DNA from: a candidate division WOR-3 bacterium
GTDB taxonomy: Bacteria; Hydrothermota; Tepidihabitantia; Tepidihabitantales; Tepidihabitantaceae
Direction: 5' to 3'
DNA: 64,000 nt
Assembly (NCBI GenBank): GCA_026418295.1
Contig: JAOABP010000005.1
Span: 100,864 to 164,863, forward strand
A program made the translations under genes and the position numbers. Below the pieces are notes generated by a model. The model was not told where the DNA came from, ran no database searches, and saw only the letters and a list, made by a program, of their open reading frames with translations. Shown piece by piece: positions 55,820-64,000 of this stretch (its first letter is position 1; each line of letters opens with the position of its first letter).

Positions 55820-56527
55820 GTGGATTTCTCCCGATTGCATGCTGATTCAATTGACGCTGATGTTGTACTTGTGCTTCATTTCGGGGGGTGGGGCAATGTA
55901 CCGTTGGCGCTGGCCGGTGAGTTCGTGCCGTTAGTATCAGGTGTTGAACGTTACTTTCAGATACACGGGTTCCGCACGCTTGTTGCATCCTATCGTCGCG
56001 CACCCGCTGACTTTCCTGATGCTCCGGATCTGGGTGTGCAGCTGGCAGTTGTGACTGAGATGTTCGGGTTTCACAAAACCCGGGTGCGCAGGTTTGCGGT
56101 GCTGCTGGAAACGCTGGCGGTAAAAAACCCGGATGTTCATTTCATCCTGTTGGGCCAGTCGAATGGTGCAATCTTTGTTGATGAGGCAATTAAACTGCTG
56201 TCTTCGCGTTTTGCCAACCGGGTGGCTGGTATTGTTGCCGGAATGCCCTTCTGGAAGAACGCCAGTGGTTGTGAAAATATACTCTATCTTGATAATGAAG
56301 GAAATGACGAGTTGACCAAGGGTGAGGTTGGCGAGATTTTCGGCACGGTATTGCAGCGGCTTTATCAACGGATGGCAGCAGTCCTTGGTTTGAGAATCGG
56401 AAGGTATGAGCGGATATGGTATCTGCCAAGTCATGATTATGACTGGCAGCAGGTGGAACCGGCAGTAACAGCCTTCCTTGATCGTCTGCAATTAAAGAAG
56501 TCGAAGGCTTCATCCGTTGACAATTAG
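55820..56527 (+). CDS. Alpha/beta-hydrolase fold protein (GxSxG esterase/lipase-like)
   Basis: HFILLGQSNGAIF nucleophile elbow. Start codon uncertain (GTG at 55820 or a downstream ATG). Confidence 0.45.
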   Translation: MDFSRLHADSIDADVVLVLHFGGWGNVPLALAGEFVPLVSGVERYFQIHGFRTLVASYRRAPADFPDAPDLGVQLAVVTEMFGFHKTRVRRFAVLLETLAVKNPDVHFILLGQSNGAIFVDEAIKLLSSRFANRVAGIVAGMPFWKNASGCENILYLDNEGNDELTKGEVGEIFGTVLQRLYQRMAAVLGLRIGRYERIWYLPSHDYDWQQVEPAVTAFLDRLQLKKSKASSVDN

Positions 56528-56587
56528 AATTTGTTTGATAAATTATGGGATTGTGGTGATGACAACAGTCGATAAAAAGGAGGAGTT

Positions 56588-58051
56588 ATGCACACCCGGT
56601 CAGGAATGCTGATGTTGATAATTGCCGGATTACTGATATTTACCGGTTGTCCCAAACCACCATTACAGCCGGAAACACCGCGCGGGTCAGAGATTGTATT
56701 TCAGAATACAGTTTATTCATGCACGACGGTAACCTCTGATCCCGCAGGCCTGAAGGTGGCATATCAGTTTGACTGGGGAGATGGCGTCAGGTCAGAATGG
56801 TCCAGCTGGGTTGAAGGCGGTACGCCCTACGCCGACACTCATACCTATGTGCAGAGCGGTGAGGTCAGTATCATGGTCCGGGCGAAGAATACGAAGGGCA
56901 AGATTTCGAGCTGGTCCGAGCCGCTGGTGGTTAATGTCAGCCCGGGTGAGGGCAATGTACTCTGGAAATTCGGTTATTATGATTCCGAGGAACCGGAGGA
57001 TTCGGCTGATTTTACCAATCATACGTTCGCCATTGGTCCGGAAGGGCAGATTTATATCGGCTCCGGCGATATCTGTGCGCTACTCTGTCGAAAAGCCAAC
57101 GGTGCCCGGCGGTGGGAGTTCATTGACCCGGAAGAGGAGGAATTTTCTTCCGCACCGGCGATTGCCGAGGATGGCACAATTTATGCCGGAACCGAAGGAG
57201 GAAAGTTCTATGCACTGGCGCCATCGGGGACCACAAAATGGGAAATTGATTTTCGTTCCGCCATACTGACTCCGCCGGCAATTGGTACTGATGGGACAGT
57301 TTACATTCAACCCGAGGATGATACGGTTTATGCAGTCGACCCTGCTAATGGCGCCCGAAAATGGACCTTTTATGCCGGCGGTGGAGTGCGGTCACCAGTG
57401 GTCGGTGCTGACGGAACGGTTTATATTTCTCAGGATGATACCTTGTTTGCGCTGGATCCGGCTAACGGCAGTATCAAATGGCGCTATGGTATGAGGCAGG
57501 CGATCGCAGTTTCACCGGCAGTTGACGTCAGCCGCAATGTGCTCTATGTCGTGGATGAAGATGGGTGGCTGGCATCTGTAAATCTTGCTGACGGCAGTGA
57601 AAACTGGCAGGTCTGGATCAGCGGTGACGCAACAGCCCCGGTGATAGATGAAACCGGGAGAGTCTATATCACCGGCGGGGGACGGCTGTATGCAATAAAT
57701 CCGGCAAATGGGGCCATTGAGTGGGACTGGGTTGCTCCAGTTTCGGAGGAAATGACGATGCCGGCAGTGTCAAGCGAAGGGGTAATTTACTTTCTGGTGT
57801 TCTCTTCGGCGGTAACCGGAGCAACGGATACGCTTTATGCGGTGAACCGGGATGGCAGTCGGCGCTGGGCAGTAGGGTTAGCATCTGGAACACCCCTGGA
57901 TTTCGTATCTGCCCCCAAAATTGACTCTCAGGGGCTGGTGTATATCGGTAACGGAACAAGAGCCTGGTGTGTGGTGGGCAAGGGAGGTCCGGCAGCTTCA
58001 TCCTGGCCCATGTTTCAGTCGGATATCAGGAATTCAGGAAGGGCAAGGTAG
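56588..58051 (+). CDS. Lipoprotein with N-terminal PKD-like domain and PQQ-type (BamB-like) beta-propeller repeats
   Basis: Lipobox LIFTGC. YQFDWGDGVRSEWSSW is a PKD motif. There are at least seven repeats of DGT(I/V)Y(A/I)G….L(Y/F)A(L/V)(D/N)P.(N/T)G..KW type. Confidence 0.7.
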   Translation: MHTRSGMLMLIIAGLLIFTGCPKPPLQPETPRGSEIVFQNTVYSCTTVTSDPAGLKVAYQFDWGDGVRSEWSSWVEGGTPYADTHTYVQSGEVSIMVRAKNTKGKISSWSEPLVVNVSPGEGNVLWKFGYYDSEEPEDSADFTNHTFAIGPEGQIYIGSGDICALLCRKANGARRWEFIDPEEEEFSSAPAIAEDGTIYAGTEGGKFYALAPSGTTKWEIDFRSAILTPPAIGTDGTVYIQPEDDTVYAVDPANGARKWTFYAGGGVRSPVVGADGTVYISQDDTLFALDPANGSIKWRYGMRQAIAVSPAVDVSRNVLYVVDEDGWLASVNLADGSENWQVWISGDATAPVIDETGRVYITGGGRLYAINPANGAIEWDWVAPVSEEMTMPAVSSEGVIYFLVFSSAVTGATDTLYAVNRDGSRRWAVGLASGTPLDFVSAPKIDSQGLVYIGNGTRAWCVVGKGGPAASSWPMFQSDIRNSGRAR

Positions 58052-58065
58052 ACCGGGGATAGGAT

Positions 58066-61047
58066 ATGGATAATCGGATGTCTTCTGATTCACCCCAGAA
58101 AACAGTTTTTCAGCCAGTACCGGCTCAGCCGGACTATCAGGCTATTCAGCACCGGATACTGAAATTTTGGGAGCAGGGGCGGCATTTTTACCGGCTGATG
58201 GCACGGAACCGCGGTAATCCGAAATTCAAATTTCTTGACGGTCCGATTACTGCCAACGGTCCGATGGGTGTGCATCATGCCTGGGGCAGGACCTATAAGG
58301 ATCTGTTTCAGCGATACAAGGCGATGCAGGGTTTTGATCAGCGCTTCCAGAACGGCTTTGACTGTCAGGGGCTCTGGGTTGAGGTAGAGGTAGAAAAGGA
58401 ACTGGGTTTCAAGTCCAAGCGGGACATCGAGAAGTTCGGGATCGACCGGTTTGTGGAGAAATGCAAGGAGCGGGTACTGCGTTTCTCCCGGATTCAGACT
58501 CAGCAGTCAATCCTGATTGGACAGTGGATGGACTGGGAGAACTCATATTATACCATGTCGGAAGAAAACAACTACTCCATCTGGTATTTTCTCAAGGAGT
58601 GTCATCGCCGCGGGTTGATTTATGAGGGAACCGATGTCATGCCCTGGTGTGCCCGGTGCGGGACCGCGATTTCTGATATGGAGATTGCCACCGAGGGCTA
58701 CCGGGAACTGACTCATCCGGCAGTTTATGTCAGATTCCCTCTTGTTGAAAGAGAAGGTGAAAGTCTGCTGGTCTGGACGACAACCCCGTGGACCCTGAGT
58801 TCTAACACCGGGGCTGCGGTTCATCCGGATCTGACCTATGTCCGGGCAAGACTCGGGGATGAGGTGCTGATACTGGCGCAGGAGCGACTGGCGGTGCTGG
58901 GCACTGACTTCCGGGTGCTTGAAGAGATTCCCGGTTCGGAACTTGCCGGGCTGAAGTACCGTGGTCCTTTTGACGAACTGCCTGCTCAGCAGGGTGTCGA
59001 GCACCGGGTTGTTCTCTGGGAGGATGTCAGTGCTAATGAAGGCACGGGTATTGTGCACATCGCACCCGGGTGCGGCAAGGAGGATTTCCTTCTGGGGAAG
59101 GAGCAGGGTCTGGCGGTAATTGCTCCGCTGCTGGAAGACGGCACATTCCAGGAGGGTTTTGACTGGCTGACCGGCAGGTTTGCGGGGGAAGTTGCATCCG
59201 ATATCTTTGAAAACTTGCGGAGCAAGGGACTGCTTTTCTGCGTTGAGGATTATACTCACCGTTATCCGGTCTGCTGGCGTTGCGGTCAGGAGCTGGTCTT
59301 CCGGCTCGTGGATGAGTGGTTCATCCGGATGGATCCGTTGCGGGAGGAGATAATGAATTCGGCGCGGCAGGTGCGCTGGATCCCTGAGTTCGGTCTGGAC
59401 CGCGAACTGGACTGGTTGCGCAATATGTCCGACTGGTGCATCTCCAAGAAGCGTTACTGGGGTCTGGCGCTGCCGATTTTCAAATGCCGCTGTGGCTGGT
59501 TTGATGTCATTGGCTCGCGGGAAGAGCTGAGACAGCGGGCAGTAGCCGGCTGGGAACGGTTTGAGGGTCACACACCTCATCGTCCGTGGGTTGATGAGGT
59601 CAAAATTGCCTGCCCCCAATGCGGCAGTCCTGTTTCCCGGATTAAGGACGTGGGTAACCCCTGGCTGGATGCGGGGATTGTGCCCTTTTCTACCACCCAT
59701 TATCTGAGCGACCGCCAATACTGGCAGGAGTGGTTTCCATTTGATTTTATCACCGAATCGTTTCCGGGGCAGTTCCGGAACTGGTTCTATGCGATACTGG
59801 CGATGAGTACAGTGCTGGAAAAATGTTCACCTTTCAAGACGGTGCTGGGCTATGCGACGATGAAGGCGGAGGACGGACGGGAGATGCATAAATCTTGGGG
59901 AAATGCGATTGAGGTGGAGGAGGCGGTTGAGAAGATGGGGGCGGATGTGATGCGCTGGGTATTTGCCCGCCACAATCCGGTTCAGAATCTGCTTTTCGGT
60001 TTCAAGGTCGGGCAGGAAGTCCGACGTAAGCTGCTGACCTTCTGGAATGTTTACGGATTTTTTGTCACCTATGCCAACATTGATCAGATCAATCCGGTGA
60101 AACTTCAGGTTGAGGCGGAGGACCTGACTCTGCTGGATCGCTGGATTTTATCCCGTCTGAATTCACTGGTGAAACTGGCGCGTAACCGTCTTGATGATTA
60201 CGACTGTATGAGTGTGGCACTGGCGGTTGAGGATTTTATTGAGGATCTGTCCACCTGGTATGTCCGCCGGAACCGGCGGCGCTTCTGGAAATCGGCAGAA
60301 GACCGGGATAAAGCAGCTGCCTACTATACGCTCTATCAGTGTATAGTGACGCTGATAAAGCTGGTGGCGCCGATCATGCCCTTCATAACTGAGGATATAT
60401 ATCAGAATCTCGTCCGGAGCTGTGATGCCGATGCCCCAGATAGCATCCATCTGTGTTTTTACCCCGAACCGGATGAGAAAATGATCAACTTGGAACTGGA
60501 GCGGGAGATGAAGATGGTCCGGGCGCTGGTTTCCCTTGGTCATGCGGCGCGGGAAAAGGCACAGATCAAGGTCCGTCAACCTCTCTCCCGGATGATCGTG
60601 AATATAAAATCAGCCGGCAGCCGGGACTGGTTGCTGCCGTACGCTGATATCATCCGGGATGAGCTCAATGTCCGGGAGCTTCAGTTTGCCGATCCCAATG
60701 AGCTGTCCGGCTCGGGACTGGTCATTCAGGAGGATGAGGATTATGTCATCGGGCTGGATACCAGTTTAACTCCGGAGCTGGAGTATGAAGGTATTGCCCG
60801 GGAACTGGTGCGCAAGATTCAGAATATGCGCAAATCTGCCGGATTTGAAGTCGTGGACCGGATTGCACTCAGCTGCCAGTGTGCGGGCAAACTGGAGGCG
60901 GCGATCCGGATGTTCTCTGACTATATCCGCCAGGAAACTCTTGCGCAGGATATCACCTTTGCACCCCTGACGGATTATGACTCGGTCGCCGAGTTTGTTA
61001 TCAATAACTGTCCGGTCCGTGTGGAAATAAAGAGAGAGAGGAAGTAA
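58066..61047 (+). CDS. ileS: Isoleucine--tRNA ligase (type 2, long form)
   Basis: Class I HIGH region (PITANGPMGVHHAWG), KMSKS-like (MHKSWGN), editing CP1 domain, and a zinc-binding C-terminus. 993 aa. Confidence 0.95.
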   Translation: MDNRMSSDSPQKTVFQPVPAQPDYQAIQHRILKFWEQGRHFYRLMARNRGNPKFKFLDGPITANGPMGVHHAWGRTYKDLFQRYKAMQGFDQRFQNGFDCQGLWVEVEVEKELGFKSKRDIEKFGIDRFVEKCKERVLRFSRIQTQQSILIGQWMDWENSYYTMSEENNYSIWYFLKECHRRGLIYEGTDVMPWCARCGTAISDMEIATEGYRELTHPAVYVRFPLVEREGESLLVWTTTPWTLSSNTGAAVHPDLTYVRARLGDEVLILAQERLAVLGTDFRVLEEIPGSELAGLKYRGPFDELPAQQGVEHRVVLWEDVSANEGTGIVHIAPGCGKEDFLLGKEQGLAVIAPLLEDGTFQEGFDWLTGRFAGEVASDIFENLRSKGLLFCVEDYTHRYPVCWRCGQELVFRLVDEWFIRMDPLREEIMNSARQVRWIPEFGLDRELDWLRNMSDWCISKKRYWGLALPIFKCRCGWFDVIGSREELRQRAVAGWERFEGHTPHRPWVDEVKIACPQCGSPVSRIKDVGNPWLDAGIVPFSTTHYLSDRQYWQEWFPFDFITESFPGQFRNWFYAILAMSTVLEKCSPFKTVLGYATMKAEDGREMHKSWGNAIEVEEAVEKMGADVMRWVFARHNPVQNLLFGFKVGQEVRRKLLTFWNVYGFFVTYANIDQINPVKLQVEAEDLTLLDRWILSRLNSLVKLARNRLDDYDCMSVALAVEDFIEDLSTWYVRRNRRRFWKSAEDRDKAAAYYTLYQCIVTLIKLVAPIMPFITEDIYQNLVRSCDADAPDSIHLCFYPEPDEKMINLELEREMKMVRALVSLGHAAREKAQIKVRQPLSRMIVNIKSAGSRDWLLPYADIIRDELNVRELQFADPNELSGSGLVIQEDEDYVIGLDTSLTPELEYEGIARELVRKIQNMRKSAGFEVVDRIALSCQCAGKLEAAIRMFSDYIRQETLAQDITFAPLTDYDSVAEFVINNCPVRVEIKRERK

Positions 61048-61439
61048 TGGCACAAAAGAAACAGAAAGCCGGCTCACCCCTGAGCAAAAAGGACCTGCTG
61101 CGGCTGGAAAAGGCGCTGCTGGAGGAGAAACAGCGGGTGCTCCGTCAGAGCAGTTTCACCCAGCAAGTTATGGACACACCTGCTGCTGCCGGCGATCTTT
61201 CCAGCCATCGCACCCATGTTGCTGATCAGGGGACGGAAAACTACCAGCGGGAACTGGCATCCCAGCTTAAGTCAATTGAGTCCGATGCCCTGCGGGAGAT
61301 TGACGCCGCCCTAGACCGAATTGCCCGTGGAACTTACGGAATCTGCGAGCGCTGCGGTGAGCCGATACCACTGGCACGCCTGGAAGTGATACCCTATGCC
61401 CGGCTGTGCATGAAGTGTCTGAAAAGTCGGCAGACTTAA
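61047..61439 (+). CDS. DksA/TraR-family C4-type zinc-finger protein
   Basis: Coiled-coil N-terminus and C-terminal CERCGEPI…CMKC four-Cys finger. ATG overlaps the ileS stop. Confidence 0.8.
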   Translation: MAQKKQKAGSPLSKKDLLRLEKALLEEKQRVLRQSSFTQQVMDTPAAAGDLSSHRTHVADQGTENYQRELASQLKSIESDALREIDAALDRIARGTYGICERCGEPIPLARLEVIPYARLCMKCLKSRQT

Positions 61440-62221
61440 ACCCAGGAGTCAACCCGGGACAGCGGCAGCGGGCTGACACTGGCGGGTCGAATCACCGCTT
61501 GGAGCGAAATATCCGCCTGACAATTGAGTTTGACGGTACCGCCTATGCCGGCTGGCAGATTCAACCCAACTGCCAGACGGTACAGGGTATGCTTACAGCA
61601 GCTGTTGAAGCGGTTCTGGGTACAAAGGTTGTAGTCCATGGCTGCAGCCGGACTGATGCGGGGGTGTCGGCGCGGAACTATGTGGCTAACTTCCGCTGTC
61701 CGGTAAAAATGCCGGTTGAGCGTATCCCGCCGGCACTTAATTACCATCTGCCCGATGATATTTTTGTGAAAGCTGCTGAAGTTGTTGCCGACGATTTTCA
61801 CGCCCGTTACAGTGCCCGGGGAAAAGTTTATTCCTATTACATTGTCTGCGGGCGGTCGCCGTTAAGACGAAGGTTTGCCTGGGAATATACCGGCAGAATT
61901 GATATTGGGCGACTGAAAGACTGCGGGCAGCTGTTCCTCGGTGCCAGCGATTTCAGCCGGTTCTGCTATGACCGCTCGGGCAGCGGCTGGTGCACGGTAC
62001 GGTCAATTACAGTCCGGCAGCATTGCGACGAGCTCATCATAACCGTGCGGGGCGACCGGTTTCTCTATAAGATGGTACGGCGGATTGTCGGCGCACTGGT
62101 GGCGTATGCCAGCGGCAGAATCACTAAAAAGGATATCCGCGCCGCACTGAACGGGAAAAAGCACCGTCCTTTCGTCACCGCACCCGCCTGCGGTCTGATC
62201 CTCGAGCGGGTGATTTATTGA
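61406..62221 (+). CDS. truA: tRNA pseudouridine(38-40) synthase TruA; true start probably downstream (for example in-frame TTG at 61499)
   Basis: IEFDGTAYAGWQIQ and catalytic RTDAGVSA motifs. Confidence 0.85.
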   Translation: MHEVSEKSADLNPGVNPGQRQRADTGGSNHRLERNIRLTIEFDGTAYAGWQIQPNCQTVQGMLTAAVEAVLGTKVVVHGCSRTDAGVSARNYVANFRCPVKMPVERIPPALNYHLPDDIFVKAAEVVADDFHARYSARGKVYSYYIVCGRSPLRRRFAWEYTGRIDIGRLKDCGQLFLGASDFSRFCYDRSGSGWCTVRSITVRQHCDELIITVRGDRFLYKMVRRIVGALVAYASGRITKKDIRAALNGKKHRPFVTAPACGLILERVIY

Positions 62222-62247
62222 CTGTTGACATCCGCTTTTCAGACTGA

Positions 62248-63495
62248 TTACTGCTCCCGGTAGCGCCGGGCGGCATCATCCAGCGCCTGTTGCGGTGTTT
62301 TCGCTCCCAGTGTTGCCGCCTCCAGTTCTTCCACCAGCGCTTTTCTGCCGGCAAGCCACTTCAAGCCCCGGGGTTCGAACACCCCGTATTCGAGCTGCCG
62401 GTAGGCGGCGAGCAGTCCCGGCGTGGTGGCAAAGCGCTCTTGAAGTTGCGGGTCGTCCAGACAGGAACGGTGAATCGGCACATACCAGGTACCCAGCGAC
62501 CATTTTACCTGCTGTTTCGGAGCAATGAACCATTTGATAAAGCGCCAAGCTGCCTTTTTTTCTGCCGGTGAAGCCTTCTTGAACATGCCGATGTTTGTGC
62601 CGTAGATGATGGCGGCAGGTTTACCTTCTACCGGAATCGGTGCCATGCCGACCGGAAATTTTTCCTGTCCGGCAATCGGGGCGCGCCAGGTGGAACTGCC
62701 GGTAATGGTGGCGATTCTGCCGACAAGAAAATCTTCCATCGGGTTTCTGCCGGTGGCGGTAGTCTGAACACTGTCCCGGAATATCAGATCAAGCTGAAAG
62801 GAAAGCACCTCAACGCCAAGCGGACTGTTGAATTCTGGTTCGCCATCCTCGTGGCTGAGAAATCTGCCGCCGCGCTGAAAGAGCATTGAACCGAAAATCC
62901 AGATATCGGTACCATTGGCGGTTGCCCAGGTTGCGATTGTGCCGTCAGGATTCCGGCGCAGCAGTTTCCGGCACATCTGGCGGAATTCGGACCAGGTGCG
63001 GGGAAATGAGTCGTAGCCTGCCTGTCGGAGCAGTTCAACATTGTAGTAGTAAACCGGGACACTTTTGTTGAACGGCAGTGTAAGGATTTTCCCGTCCCAG
63101 CGATTGTTTTCCAGCAGCCCCGGATAGATATCAGCAATTTCGGAACTGTCCATGCCATCCGGTCCCAGGATGTAATCCTCAAGAAATTCGAGCTGACCTG
63201 CTGCGTAAAGCTGCGTAGTCCAGTTTTCATACATCTGGGCAATAGTGGGCGGATTCTGGACCGCAACCGCACCCAGCAGTTTCTGTGCCAGCGCATCATA
63301 GTTTCCCATACCGACGAGCTCGATCTTGATATCCGGATTTTCCCGCTCAAACTCCTCCACCATCAGCTTGAGCGTTTTCTGGGCTTCTCCACCCATCGCA
63401 TGCCAGAACTTTACCTTTACCTTTTCGCTCCCGGAACGACAGTCAGGAGCAAGGATTGAGATTGTGAAAAGTAAGGGCAGCAGCCAGTGGCGCAT
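62248..63495 (-). CDS. ABC transporter periplasmic substrate-binding protein (family 1, sugar/oligosaccharide type)
   Basis: Signal peptide. SBP_bac_1-like N-terminus (KVKFWHAMGGEAQKTL…). 415 aa. Confidence 0.8.
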   Translation of the reverse strand: MRHWLLPLLFTISILAPDCRSGSEKVKVKFWHAMGGEAQKTLKLMVEEFERENPDIKIELVGMGNYDALAQKLLGAVAVQNPPTIAQMYENWTTQLYAAGQLEFLEDYILGPDGMDSSEIADIYPGLLENNRWDGKILTLPFNKSVPVYYYNVELLRQAGYDSFPRTWSEFRQMCRKLLRRNPDGTIATWATANGTDIWIFGSMLFQRGGRFLSHEDGEPEFNSPLGVEVLSFQLDLIFRDSVQTTATGRNPMEDFLVGRIATITGSSTWRAPIAGQEKFPVGMAPIPVEGKPAAIIYGTNIGMFKKASPAEKKAAWRFIKWFIAPKQQVKWSLGTWYVPIHRSCLDDPQLQERFATTPGLLAAYRQLEYGVFEPRGLKWLAGRKALVEELEAATLGAKTPQQALDDAARRYREQ

Positions 63496-63595
63496 AAATA
63501 AATTTTAGCCGCAGACACCGCGCTGTCAAACTGCCGGTTCCATCGATTAAACAGATTTGACAGCAAATGCATATTTTTTATAATTTTTGAGTTCC

Positions 63596-63677
63596 GCCGG
63601 GGTGGTGGAAATGGCAGACACGCATGGTTGAGGGCCATGTGCCTCACGGCATGCAGGTTCAAATCCTGTCCCCGGCA
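63596..63677 (+). tRNA. tRNA-Leu (anticodon GAG), class II with long variable arm
   Basis: Hand-folded. Acceptor GCCGGGG/CCCCGGC. D-stem GTG/CAC with a GG-containing D-loop. Anticodon stem CATGG/CCATG with loop TTGAGGG. Variable arm TGCC-TCAC-GGCA. T-arm GCAGG-TTCAAAT-CCTGT. Discriminator A. No encoded CCA. Confidence 0.7.
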
Positions 63678-63690
63678 CTGAGAAATCCGC

Positions 63691-64000
63691 ATGAAAGTCC
63701 CCCGGGTTTTAATAATTGTGCTGGATGGTGTTGGTTGTGGTGAACTGCCGGATGCAGCCCGGTTTAACGATTGCGGGTCCAACACACTGAAGAATCTGGC
63801 GCAGGCAATGGGTGGGCTTAATCTGCCCAACCTTACCCGGCTCGGACTGGGAAATATCATTGAGATTCCCGGTGTGCCGGCACAGCGTAATCCACAGGCA
63901 GCATTCGGAATGATGGCGGAGAAATCAGCAGGTAAGGATTCAACTACTGGGCACTGGGAGATTGCCGGTGTCGTTACGGTCGAGCCATTTCCAGTTTTCC
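63691..64000 (+). CDS. deoB: Phosphopentomutase, N-terminal part; gene continues beyond the window end
   Basis: MKVPRVLIIVLDGVGCGELPDAARFNDCGSNTL matches the DeoB N-terminus (metal-binding VLDG.G.G). Confidence 0.75.
   Translation, partial: MKVPRVLIIVLDGVGCGELPDAARFNDCGSNTLKNLAQAMGGLNLPNLTRLGLGNIIEIPGVPAQRNPQAAFGMMAEKSAGKDSTTGHWEIAGVVTVEPFPVF

Noticed and set aside
58543-59718. 391-aa minus-strand ORF antisense to ileS
   Set aside because: ileS is unambiguous on the plus strand. The antisense ORF has no motifs.
1-64000. Search for CRISPR arrays, IS elements, transposases, integrases and rRNA genes
   Set aside because: No regularly spaced direct repeats, no transposase or integrase-like ORFs, and no rRNA-like segments were seen. 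The only RNA gene found is tRNA-Leu at 63596-63677.

Overview
This is a roughly 60% GC bacterial chromosomal segment that is densely coding on both strands and appears to have no rRNA, CRISPR array or recognisable transposase or integrase. Housekeeping genes are interspersed with accessory or unusual modules. Housekeeping genes present are purF (N-terminal fragment), uvrB, purB, an acyl-CoA dehydrogenase, an HtrA-like protease, mnmG, ushA-like 5'-nucleotidase, recJ, rlmI-like, iscS/nifS, lspA, ileS, dksA/traR-like, truA, tRNA-Leu(GAG) and deoB (partial). The accessory or unusual modules are as follows. (1) An SOS module: lexA overlapping a Y-family polymerase, preceded by a perfect Cheo-type GAAC-N4-GTTC palindrome. 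(2) Two tandem paralogous giant secreted beta-propeller proteins with T9SS-type C-terminal sorting domains, plus a convergent C25 (gingipain-like) peptidase with the same tail. (3) A lower-GC islet encoding a beta-helical repeat protein with a phage-tail-fibre-like C-terminus. (4) A patatin-POTRA-Omp85 (PlpD-like, type Vd) protein. (5) A co-directional cluster of three outer-membrane barrels, one carrying two N-terminal ComEA-like HhH DNA-binding domains, followed by a secreted 5'-nucleotidase and RecJ. (6) The most striking block: a 13-kb, eight-gene plus-strand operon (36660-49570) encoding HdrC, HdrB, HdrA, a 1481-aa HdrA-GltD-HdrA fusion, MvhD, an FrhB-like protein, a second HdrC-like protein and a 1007-aa HdrA-HdrA fusion. 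No hydrogenase or formate dehydrogenase catalytic subunit is present, which suggests an undescribed NAD(P)H-linked multi-HdrA electron-bifurcating complex; an orphan archease gene lies immediately downstream. Several genes have near-consensus sigma70 promoters only 6-11 nt upstream of the start codon (leaderless or short-leader), while others have strong GGAGG Shine-Dalgarno sites. All calls rest on reading the sequence and on motif recognition; no database searches were run.
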